A DNA stretch of 64,000 nucleotides, from positions 31,372,001 to 31,436,000 of the forward strand of contig NC_047022.1 of the NCBI RefSeq assembly GCF_902652985.1. Reading direction: 5' to 3'. The stretch is from Pecten maximus. Lineage: Eukaryota. Shown piece after piece: positions 25,164-37,668 of the stretch (positions are counted from its first letter, which is position 1; every line of letters starts with the position of its first letter). A program made the position numbers and the translations under genes. Below the pieces are notes generated by a model. That model worked only from the letters and a program-made list of their open reading frames with translations. It was not told where the DNA came from and made no database searches.

Positions 25164-28100
25164 AGTGAATATACGAGAAAACACAAATTTGTCCTAGTAT
25201 GTGTGTGTTCAAGTCGTGAACATTCTACTTATCCAGAATTGAGAAGTATAAAAAAGGGTGTGGTAGGCCTGAGCTATTACTCCATACTGTACATAGGCCT
25301 GTTTGTCTGTGGGGCCTGAGGTAATCTGGAGACATTGTTCCACTCTTGTGCCTGTAATGAGGCATGACTGGTATTTTGTTCTAGGTAAGCTAGCTAATTC
25401 TGTGGACAAACACTGGACAGCCTGGTATGGAAAAAAGGGGATTTAGATAAAGAAAGAGGGGTCAATATTAGTTTTAGGGATTTACCTATAATGGGAGTTA
25501 ATCTTTCCAGCTGTTTTACAGTGTTTGGTGGTGTTGCAGTATGCTTAAAGAAGTAATTTATTGCAGGATAAATTTACAAGAAGGGCAAAGGGCGTTTATT
25601 GACAATTTGTTACATTGATGACATATACACTGTTTGTTTATCTTGTTATATAACCCGTCACAAACATTCCTGGTCTGATTGTTAATAAAACAGGTACATA
25701 ATTACTGTTGGTACATAACAGACATTAGGAAATAGGAAGTGTATCAGCACTCACAAGGATCACATATGTTGGTAATCAGCGCCCAATTTATAGGGCTGAC
25801 ACACAGCTAGGTAGGGGCTAGGAAGTGAAAACCCAGTGTGTATGGCATTTACTGGTGTGTATTTGATATGGGGAGTAGATGGTGCTGTGACAACTAATGT
25901 ACAGCCAAACATTGTTTCTGTCACATGTAGATATGTCGGGAATGAATCAGGGTGAAGTAGTGTACAAGAAAGATGAAGAGTCAAGTAATTGCGCGTTGAT
26001 AGTGTGGTAATGATGGGTCCTATTGCCAGCCCTCCCCATTCCTTGCCACCATTATAGTAGGCAGGGGTGCATTCCCCTCTCCAACACAGGTACACTGGCT
26101 CCATGCACCCCCCTCATTATACGCATGAACGTAGGCTCAAGTGACTTTCAAGATGTGTGTAATGCACCCTTCATCTGATGGCAGCATTGGGATGGTGGTG
26201 GCAGGAAAACGGGGATTCAGCGACATGTAGACTTGTATTGGTGAGGGAAGAGGATCGTACAGTCCCTGTATATTGTATGGGAACTGTACTGACAGACTGT
26301 GTGTCTTTGGTTGTATGGGAACGGTCTGGTTGGCGAGACCCATTATCTGTTGTTAGTGTTTTAATATGAAGTGTCTGTGTTGGATGTGTTGTCCTGATCA
26401 TCTCCTGATCTATGTATACCATCTTGTGTGGGACATTCATCAGCACCCATCACCACAAACCTACCATCACAGGAAATTAGCGTTATGCTTATAATTTCTT
26501 ATTGCCCAATTACCAGTATGTATACTGACGGGGTAAATGTCCTGGCCTAATGATACAGAGGTGGAGAGGAGGATGGGAGGAGCTGTCTTAATGAGGAAAT
26601 GTTTCCTCTCCACCTTTTGGTGTCAGGCTTCAAAGTTTTCCCCAACACCTTTGACATCTCTTGTGTACCCACAAGCAATGCGTTCTCTGCTATGTCGCAC
26701 AAAATTAATTACAGACATTTTATTACGCTATTACATTTAGATGGGCCTTATGATTAAAAGGAAAAAGGTAAAACGTTTCTCAAAATGCAGTCTTTTATCA
26801 TGTCCTTGGTTAATGCTTCATTTCTTACTTGTTTTTACTTATGAGAAATATTCTTCAATAATTTGAAATTTTGTGTTTCTGATGTTTTAACACTGATATA
26901 AGGTATGATTTTGTATCAGTAATGTTCAAATATGTATTTTTTAGTCCAGTTTACTATTCCCAGGGAAATAAAAAGGTGTATTGAGTAGAGTTCCGTGTTC
27001 AAACTTGTGAGCTGTAGAAGGATGTAATGAGGTGGAATGGCTGGGCTGTAAGGTAGAAGTGGCCACCTAATCTAAATGCCAGACTTTCCTAATGTCACTA
27101 GGATCAGTTAAAATGGCGGAAACATCACAGTTCATGCTCTGTCAGCTTAACATCGATGCCGCAAGAATGATTATTTCAGTTGTAAAAGTAAGCTTACGTC
27201 TTTCAAACAATATTGATAACATTTGATTTTAAAATTAAAAAACAATCTTGTACCCAGTGAATATTAAAAGTTGTGTATGTCTGGGCCAACTAGAGAGATT
27301 GATGGAAGAACTCTGAAGGTTGTAGGTGGAAATTTACATACATATTGAAATATATATTGTTGAAAAAATTCTACGCAATGAAATAAATATATTTAAAATT
27401 CCTGTACGATATGGGCCTTTACATGTTATATATTTATGCAGGGAAGTGGAATTTATCTATACCCCAGTAAACAACTATAGACCCTTATTGAAGTTAAGTC
27501 GACCGGAAATCTTCAGACATATTTTTTGTATTTATTTGGAGTGAAAAGTGATTAATCTGTACTTTCTATATTTGTTGAGCTACTTTGTGGTATACAAGAA
27601 AGACAGAAGTCATTTCTAGTCGGGTCTTTTTGACATCACTATCTTACTGGAAACTCGGAATTCACCGGGGATATGTCCAAAATAAATTTACAAATGCTGT
27701 CTTATAAAAAGTTTTAATACTGCCTTAGGTTTATATCGCAAGTACTGACCCGGAATTTGTAATTTTGTTTAGAAAAAACAACCTGAAGATCTGATAGCGA
27801 TAGCTAGTGACACGCTGTAGTAGTTACAGAGACCTGTCACTGATAAATTATGATTTCTCTACATATGATTAAAACAGTCTACAGACGACTTGGTGGAGCA
27901 CAAAACTAGACTTGATCTCCTCAGTATTTTAATGTTTACAGACAGGAAATCAGGCTGAGATTTATGGCTAGGTGGGAGTGACAACTAGTATTTGCATTTA
28001 GTTAAGTCAAGTAGGTAGTTACGTTAGTCAGGTAGAAATAATACTTTTTTTATCAGAAGCAGAAATGTTGTGTTTTAAAACAGGAAGAAATAAGGAAATT

Positions 28101-29981
28101 GTCATATAAACAACAGATGAAACAAGGAGTCATGTTGACAAGTATACATTTCTTAGCTTGTTGATGTGTTTCAAAATGTTTGTTGACAAGTAATTGAAAA
28201 AACTGATGACATCTACCAGTTCTGAAAAAAAATCTAGATATGAATCACCTTAAAACAATAATAACAATGACTAGAAAGCAGCCATGGGTCATGCACTAAT
28301 GACCCCCTGTTTAACATGGCATGGATCATTATCAGGGTCCCAGAGGGCTTCTTAGTGTAATTGTCACTTTTGTCCCATGGTCTTGTCAGCTTGGACATGA
28401 TTGGTCAATTGACTGACTAATCACAATCATTATTTCATTGTATGTTTGGTGTGAGTTGATGATTGTGAGAGGAAGAGTTTGGAGGGCACACAGTCTGTGG
28501 TCAGGGGTGAGAGGTTAGGTGTATAATAGATCTGGTGTGTTGATTGGGCAAGGATGTAGTTGACATGTAAAAACTATGGACTTAATGGGATACAGTAGGT
28601 CTATCTGATCCCTGATAGAGGTATTGGGTGAGAGGGGGTTATCTATAGTGAAATACTTATGACAATGTGATAAGCATGTTAAGTGGATACTAAAACCCAA
28701 GGACCACTGTCTTTGTCCATATTGCCTGCAGGGACAACATGCTCTGCTCCTAATCCAATATGATGCCCAAGGAGGCAGTGTACAGTTTGTGTATATACTG
28801 TATATATATATATATAATTGATTAGTGTCACTGTATCATTTGATACAGATTCCCCAGGATCCAGAGAGGGGGTCGGGGTGGGCGGTGGTGGGGGGTATTC
28901 ATCTCTTGGGCCCTTGTGGATGACACCAGTCATCTCCAGGAAACCAGAGGAGAGAGAGAGAGATATATCTTTTGACAAGAGCTGGGGTTCTGTGACACAA
29001 GGAATCCCCTGGAATCAAGAGGAACAATTATTGTAATTGTCAAGTGTAGGGCCGTGTCAGTGGTAAAAAGAATCCCCATGGATCTGTCACTTGTGGTCAA
29101 GTTTAGGCCTCTATCTTTGTACATTTGTATTTACAAAAGATATCATCAGCTATTAAAAAAAAACACAGTTGATGTAGAAATGCCAATATAAGGTAACCTG
29201 GTCTGTTACCCCAATGCTATTAGGGATTTATGATCCCTGAGGATTGCAAGACAAATTAAAAATATTCAAATGGAAATATTTTAATATAGATGCCCTATTT
29301 CTTTATATAACTTCTAATTGTACACTGTTCCAAAAATAGCCATAATGATGTAAGATTGTGGTGTTTTCTTTCCACTTAACACACTATATCATAATACACA
29401 CGGATACCAATATATCTGGTCACAGATTCTGTATCCATTAGACGGGCAAGGCTTCTTTGGTACAATCAACACTAAAGGCTTGGTGAAGGAGTCGCTATCC
29501 TGTTGGGTGATCAGAGCTAGGCTTTCTCTGCTGGTGTCCATATTGATTCCTGTCCAATATTACCTGGATCTGTTTCACCACAGAACACGAAATAACATTT
29601 TTGTACCTATAATCTCAGGGAGGCCCTCATGAGTCCACGGTATAGTATAAGGCTCCAGTCCTTGAATTGGGTATTACAATCTATTTAAGAGATACTGTCA
29701 ACATTAAACTAGTGTTATTGGAAAGAAAAGAAAAATTGTCATGATGTATTTAAACATAATCTGAATTTATACCTATTCTTTTCTAGTTTCAAAAATTGAT
29801 TTAAAAGATAAATAATGATTTTGAACTGTCCTGGGTGTCATTTTCATCTGTCGTGTTTCTTGCCAGGAATTGGTTGATGAGATATATGGGTTATGTTTCC
29901 ATAAGCTGGGGAGGTTTGACACCAAGGCTGTGGAGATGCTTGACATGATGATGTGACAATGTTGTACACGGGGAGAGATTG

Positions 29982-30244
29982 TAGGCACTCTTGAGGTCCC
30001 CACAATTCTCTACATTGAGGGAGGTTTTAGGCACTCTGAGGTCCCCACAATTCTCTACATAGAGGGAGGTTTTAGGTACTCTGAGCTCCCCACAATGTTC
30101 TACATAGTGGGAGGTGGTAGGCACTCTGAGCTCCCCACAATTCTCTACATTGAGGGAGGCTTTAGGCATTCTGAGCTCCCCACAATTCTCTACATTGAGG
30201 GATGTTGAAGGCACTCTGAGCTCCCCACAATTCTCTACATTGAG
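29982..30244. repeat. Minisatellite, 45-bp unit GGCACTCTGAGCTCCCCACAATTCTCTACATTGAGGGAGGTTTTA, about 6 copies
   Basis: Direct tandem repetition; 15-aa periodicity in ORF 29891-30214. Confidence 0.93.
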
Positions 30245-33200
30245 ACAGGGTGTATGTAGGTACTAAGAAATACTGTAAAATTAGTATATGCAATTCCAAT
30301 TTTTGTCAATTTACAAAACCTTGGCTGTTTATTTTCTCAGTATTTTATTCCATCCTGATTAAGAGCTCACTGAATATGTGTTTTACTGTATCATATTATA
30401 GCTTTATATTATACTGTAATAAACACAGATATAAGTACTTAGTAAACTTGACCGTTGCCATTCTCCTACTTTTATAAGGACATATAGAAACCGCAATGAT
30501 AAAGATCTCCAAGTTATAATGATCTCTGGGAATTTCACAAGCTCTGAGAATAAAGTGTTGAATGCTTATTGGGAGTTATATAGGAGATCCGATTTTGCAG
30601 GATTGGCCTGTAACATCGTGTGTCTAATTGGTATCTTAAAATTTGGGACTATAGATTGGTATCACAGTGCTGGACCTGTGTCACTTGCTGTAGTGTTGTA
30701 CTTTGCGCAGCCTTTTACTATTTGTCCATATTAGGCAATGCAGATGTAGAGATAAATATCCTACCAAATGTTTTAAAACTTTTGAGCAGGGATTATGATT
30801 TATGTCCACACTCCATTAGCTGTGGAATGCTTCTGAATACGTATTTCAGTAGTTACATTATCTGTATATAATATTTTCGTCCACTGTGCAGATCTGTAAT
30901 CACCCCAAATTTATGTATATTGATATGAAAGATTAATGAAATGTTAAGTGAAGGTCACATTTCATGACAATTTCTATTTATCAGGAACTATAGGGAATAA
31001 TCATACTGGTTTGCATCAAAGCCATCCCCACTTTAAATTGATTTAATAAAACTTGATAACAATTTGAAGTAGACGCCATGTTCCAGAATAGAACTATGTC
31101 GATGTCTGTTTACCTTTGGAAATATTATTTCATCAGGGACCTATTAATTACAGAAAATAGGCTTGTATTCCATGTTGTATATTGCCCCTTTGTCAGAATC
31201 TGATGAGAACAGGATTTATACCCACTATTAGAGGAGGATGTAGTCGACATTTCTGTCTTGTCTCGGCCAAGCTTGATGCCTGATATGCTCTGTGATAATG
31301 GTTACAAGTGAAGCCCTTCGATTGGATGGTTATTGTTGGAAACATGTAGTGTTAACAAACGCTTTAATAGCATTGTGTTATATCTTAATTGTCTTACCGG
31401 TCATTTGTGACATTCATATTGTAATGAACCTATTGACACATATCGAAATTGATTGGCTTACTTCAAATTTTATGTATAAATATTTAAAGGAGAAAGAAAA
31501 ATATTTTCATGGGATATTTCAGGAGGAAACTTGTAATTAAATGGCATTTGTCCCTAATAAACAGAGGTAATTTTCAGCTTGGTACGCAGACATATGAGTG
31601 GAAGGAATTGTAACCAAATGGTAATTGTATAGGTGTAGATGTGTGCCTGTCGTAATTACACAAAGACTAATTATTCTATTGTCTCTAAAATGCACTTGAT
31701 GCCTCGTTATGTTTAAACAAACCTATTCTCAAAATACCTTATTCAAAAACCTTTTTTCTGTTAATTAATTGATAAAATTTGTGTACATCTATGATTAGGG
31801 GAAAAAATGCCAGTCTGTGATAGGTAACTTAAAATGAGTATCTCTAAGTGAGCTCTCGGATTTCTTACGATCTACCGCACCATTATCGAAGGGGCATCGG
31901 AGATCAAGAATAATGAACATAGTCATAGGGTCACGCTCTGTGACAAAGAGGTGTGTCTTTGATGTGGCTTGTAAATACGACATAAGGAATCGAGTTCAGC
32001 TTTTGAAGATGTTGTTTTACAAACAGTATGTATATGAACGAGTAATAGCATTTCCGAAACATGACGAGTAGATGTTGTACTTCGCTTTCTGCCAGGAAAT
32101 GACCCCTTGTACAGTTGTGTAGATTTATAAACTGTCAAAATGGTGGGGTCACCAGAAAAACATGTCTGTAGGAAAAAGGACACCTTCAAAAGATTTTTTT
32201 TTTATTAATTAACCTTTTCATCATGCAGTGGACCATGCATTACTCTGGAGTGGCATTCAATGGCATAAACGTCTGTCCTTAATGCTCCACACCCTGTCAG
32301 GAATTTTAATCTCGAGACTTTTATAGCTGCAGAAATGACTGGCAGAAGGCATTAATAGATTCTAGCACACATCGGTCTGGACTTAACTCTGTGCGATAGA
32401 AAAAAACTGCCATCAAAGTATTAGTATTATCAAGATGACTTGGGTCTCTTAGAGTGCAGAGAGTATAGAAATTCATTAAATCCTTCCATCAAGACATGTT
32501 TAACGGATATGAGCTACAACCTTTCGTCAGCCATTGATAATCCAATCTCTATAGACATCACAGATGTAGTCTGCTTTAATCGCATTGCAATTATTTATAT
32601 ATATTGATAATAAAAATTCATTTAGAAATAGGGTGATTTTATTTGCCCAAAGATGTAAACCATGTGTTAAATGATGTCCCTTGCACTATGTAACCTTGAT
32701 AAGACTGTATACTAAACATTTTGATTAGTAGACCTATAATGTTGTGTATATATAATGTCGTGTAATCCCGACAAAAAATGAAGCCAGTAATAACTAACAA
32801 AGACTTGCAGCAGCTCTCCGTGAAATGTCAAGTTTGCCAGGAACATTACAGACATCCTTCTGACATTTAAATCTACAGTTGTTGACACAAACCAGCCTTA
32901 ACTTGTCCTGATAAAAAACATGCATGCCATTTTCTACGATAAACAAAAATATACTTAAAAAGTAAGAATATATGTAATGTCAGAGGTTAACATAGATCTA
33001 CGATTAAACAACATTTAAACAATGGCTTCAGATTTATATTCATTCTCAATCAACCAAAGGAATATACTAACATGAGGAAATGATTACTTATATTAACTAT
33101 GATTACTATCTTTATAATTAAATGTTTATTTTCCGTATGCTTTACACTCAATCATAAAGAATGAGACCCATTAAGTATTTTAATACTAATATTAGTATAT

Positions 33201-36200
33201 TGAAGAATTTAAATAGCATTACTCTGAAAGGAAAGCAATCATTTTAAGAATTTTTTTTTTTGGATAGACCTACGTACAGTAATAATTTTTCATGTTTGTG
33301 GAGATTTGATGAGGCCTGTAATTGGTATAACCGAGGAATTACTGTAGGTGATGGTTATGTTATCGTATTGTCATCATAATTTTCCATCTCATTCATGTGT
33401 GCTGTGTACATAGCCGCAGTGTTGTGTTAAGTTGAGTATGTACATCACCCATAAGACAACATGTTAAAATTTAATGACTGGATCCGTTTGAACCGTAGAC
33501 TTTATAATATCTCACAACTTAAGTATCCAGACACTATGCATAATACACCTAGACTCAAAATACAGCTGGAAGGGTTTGCTGATTTTAAATCATTTTCGTT
33601 TGTTGTTTTGAATAATTAATAGCAGTAATTTAACAGGGATGTAGATATATTTGGGTACAATTACGGGAGACTTTAATAAGTACTGATGATGGGGCCACAC
33701 GAGATTGATTACCTGTAGAAGTCTGTGTTCTACTATAAAAAATTGATGTTTTCTTGTCTGTTGCTACACAAATATGTGAAGCAATTTCTTGCTTCGTCTA
33801 CAGACTACAGAGCATAATTTAAAATGCGAACATGTTATTGACATAAGGAGTTTCTTATTTCTGTTATTGTCTTATGTTATTGTCATGAGGGAATATTTTT
33901 TAAGTTTTCATCCTAATATGAGGCAAAAAAGACCCCATCCAAAACCATTAAAAAACAAAAAACAAATAAACTTGGATTCCTTGTCCTACCATTGACTATT
34001 CATACATTGTAGACCATAATAAAGTCTTTCAAGTTGGATGATTGTAGTGTCATAAATGATTTTCTAGGTATCTTAGATAAAAAAATTTTTTTTACAAAGA
34101 TTGAGATGTGTTGAAATTATTTTTCCTTCATAGTTTTTGTTTTGAAAGTTAAACATAAGGCATGCCTTCCAAGAGTTTACTGGACCAGGATAAGGATCAC
34201 AATGATGTTTGAGATTTCCTGAATAGGTAGCCATGTCACAGATGTTGACTGGTGTCAGGGCTTTTTGTCTCCTGCATCAGCAGCAAGGTAACAGCTTGTT
34301 TTACCTAACGAGATGCTGGTGAACATTGACTGATGGATCTGCATTGAACACATAATTTTTGTTTTGTTATCTGTGCTTGGACATAGAGATGTGTTGACAT
34401 ATTGAACCATTATATTTATCAGCATGTCCCGGCCATCAGCTGTGTCCTAACTACACCATACTTTCCTCATCTGCCACCAAATCACAGGCCGTACAAATCA
34501 CTTTCATAGTTATTCTCAGGAGTATCCCTTTTTCGGGTGTCCATCATCCAGTCAAGAAATTGTATGATCTGGAGACATTTGTAATTTTAGCTGCTTGCCA
34601 AAGGCCTGTATTTAGACAGAATTACACTTCAAGGAGGATGTATGTGATGATCAGGACTACCTCGACATACAGTGATTTAAATAAAAAAAAAAAAAACACT
34701 TCAGTAACACTCTAAAAACTTTTACAACATAAAAGTGGGTTGATAGTTTGATTTTGTGTTTACGCCTTGGGCTTTTATATAATGGTTTAGATATCTAACA
34801 TTCCAACTCTGTAATAACGAGGGACTGTCCTGTAGTCAGGTAAATATTGTTAATATATTTGTAACAAGGGTTACAGGTATCTGAAAGTCAGACTGTCAGC
34901 AAGATTGTTGATATAATTGGTATATGTAAAAGCTAAGATGTGCACCATGAATTGATCTTTGGTTTATGTTAAAAAATTTAAAAGCTGGTTACAATTTTTC
35001 ATATGTTTAGCAAGATTTTGAATTTCCATTACTGATTTTCCTAGAACAATTAGTTCCTTTCACTAGAGGCAGTGTCAGGTGGCGGCTTTTAATTGGCTCT
35101 ACTTTGGAACCAAATTCTGTTCCCCAAGAGCCATGTGATAGAGCCTGATTGTGATGGCCTGTTGACAGTCTCCATGACAACCCTGACCAGGAAGTGGCCA
35201 TGCTGGACAGATGAGTGACCAGGACAATGACCACCAGCTGGAAGCTAATTGATGAAGGGCACTTGTTCATTTGAATAACCAGGCTTTACCATCCATATAA
35301 CATTAATGCATTGGACATTGGACAAATGACTCTATATATAGAATATTGGGCCCTTGATTTCCTAGAGTTAGACGATTTCCATAGTAACTAACTGCCTATA
35401 GCTCTAACATCAATTTTATTTTCTGTCTTTCACTTTCTAGTATACAAGCTAATTGATTAATACTTGTACCAGAAATAGGTTGGCTGGCTGCTGTGACAAT
35501 ATTTTAGAAATAATCTACTGTAGTGAGGTTTAGTAATGGCCATATATTGGAATAGTACTGTAACTGGGTTTACAAGAATTTTTTTTTTTTTTTTAAAAAC
35601 ACTTGAGGGTTTTGATTTGACGAACTAAAATCTCCAAAGAAATGTAGGGGTACGGGATGGCTTTTCCTTTGTTAACAAACAGACGTGATGATTCAATTTC
35701 TGCTTCTTTCCTTGCCATCTTTACCATGTTTTCACTGTAGCACCTTTTGTGGGACTCTGTTGTCACAAGCTGGATAACCCAGAAACTCGGCTGTGAGCTG
35801 TCATTTGATGGCAGACTCTCGGAAGGCATGAAATTAAGTGGGATGATGAATTTGAAAATTGCGCCATAACTGTGATCATTTAAAGACCTCTTTTGAAGAT
35901 AAATGGGTATTTGTTTAGGACTGTTTAGAGCGGTATTGATTTTCGATGAAATCCTGTCGTTGCTCCAGCAAACTTCTTCAGGAAATTTTCTTTGCGTTGG
36001 ATAATGGTGGATTCCATCTTTGTCAGGCAATATTAATTTTTGTCAGATTTGAAAAATTGTTCTTTCAATTTTGCTGTATAATTTTTTTATATTATTATTA
36101 TTACATTGAGTTTTGTGTCCAAGAAGTAGCCTTTTATGGGCAAATAAAAGACATCACCATGGTGATTAAACTGATAGTAAAACAGTGGAATTCATTTATG

Positions 36201-37233
36201 AAATAATGTCTTGGTAAGATTCATTAGGAGACATTCGTGTACAATTTTCAGAAATAATTGATAGAGAAGATTGAGGTGTTTGGAAGAAGAAGAAGAAATC
36301 TAGTGCATATAGAATCTGTGATAGATGTAGTGTTGTATTACATTTCCTGTAAACTACTTGAGAGTACTGATACATTACCAGAGCAGTTATTGTCTAAATC
36401 AAACCACATGGTGGTTCGAAATGTCTTGAATGTCCCAAAAGAGTCGATTTATTACCACCGTATTGAACATCGTTAGGGTAGTTTTTCTTGATGTATTTGT
36501 TCTTGTGTGTATGACATACTACCAACATACAGGGACATTGGTCTATAGACTCCAGTGTCTGCTGGTTTTTGTCCCTGAAAACCTGTCTGACATGACCCTC
36601 TCTAGGGAAAGGAGGAGAAAATGGTTAAGGTGTCAAATGAGTTAGCTAGGCGAGGGGGAATCAATATGGACCATTACATTGGTACCATGCATTCATTACC
36701 AGTATTTCTCCAACCAGCCGCATTCTCTGGAGGCAAGAAAAAACTATGTACACTAATTCCAATTTTCACTCCGGTCTTGGGAGTATTGTAACTCAATTTG
36801 TTCTGTGATGGAAGCATTGGAAACATCTATTGTACAGGGCATCGAATCGAAGGAAACTTTAAACTTAATTCTAACCTTTCTAGCATTCTTCAATATGTTG
36901 TAAGTATTGGCATTTCAATTTGTTTCCATGCGAACCCAAACTGTAGCCTTTCTTGTGAACTTGAGAAGTAGGCATTTCAATTTACTTGTGAAAGACAGGA
37001 ATTAGGTAAGGCCAGTCAAGAGTAGTTAGTGCTGTGTCCAGGTATTTAAGTACATTTACGGACTGAAGGTGACATTGAATCATTTGTTTTCATTTGTCCA
37101 TCAATAGAAATAAACCCACACAGTTCTGTATGTAACGAGATTAGGGATAGCCAAGCTGAAACAACATGATAATAAATTGGACATGTCTGAAACATGGTTA
37201 TCTGGTCAGACTTGGGGGATATATCTGGTGTTT

Positions 37234-37668
37234 TAAGATTGGTGAAATATATTGTATGGTAAGGTCTGTGAGATGTTTAGTGTATTAAGATTGGTGAAAT
37301 ATCTTGTATGGTAAGGTCTGTGAGATGTTTAGTGTATTAAGATTGGTGAAATATCTTGTATGGTAAGGTCTGTGAGATATCTGGTGTGGTAAGATCTGTG
37401 AAATATCTTGTATGGTAAGGTCTGTGAGATATCTGGTGTGGTAAGATCTGTGAAATATCTTGTATGGTAAGGTCTGTGAGATGTTTAGTGTATTAAGATT
37501 GGTGAAATATCTTGTATGGTAAGGTCTGTGAGATGTTTAGTGTATTAAGATTGGTGAAATGTCTTGTATGGTAAGGTCTGTGAGATATCTGGTGTGGTAA
37601 GATCTGTGAAATATCTTGTATGGTAAGGTCAGTGAGATATCTGGTGTGGTAAGATCTGTGAAATATCT
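37234..37668. repeat. Minisatellite, 26-bp subunits arranged as 52-bp dimers of two types, about 16 subunits
   Basis: AAGATTGGTGAAATATCTTGTATGGT+AAGGTCTGTGAGATGTTTAGTGTATT and AAGATCTGTGAAATATCTTGTATGGT+AAGGTCTGTGAGATATCTGGTGTGGT. Confidence 0.93.

Noticed and set aside
23951-25212. Overlapping repetitive ORFs
   Set aside because: Derived from the 31-bp and 30-bp minisatellites.
30271-30390. TACTGTAAAA ... TTTTACTGTA, possible TA-flanked MITE
   Set aside because: Only a 9/10 AT-rich inverted match; not distinguishable from chance without other copies.
35593-36030. 145-aa non-repetitive minus-strand ORF and the other short ORFs in the track
   Set aside because: No recognisable domain or transposase/reverse-transcriptase motif; lengths compatible with chance.
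36995-37012. TAG|GTAAGG recursive-like site
   Set aside because: No upstream pyrimidine tract.
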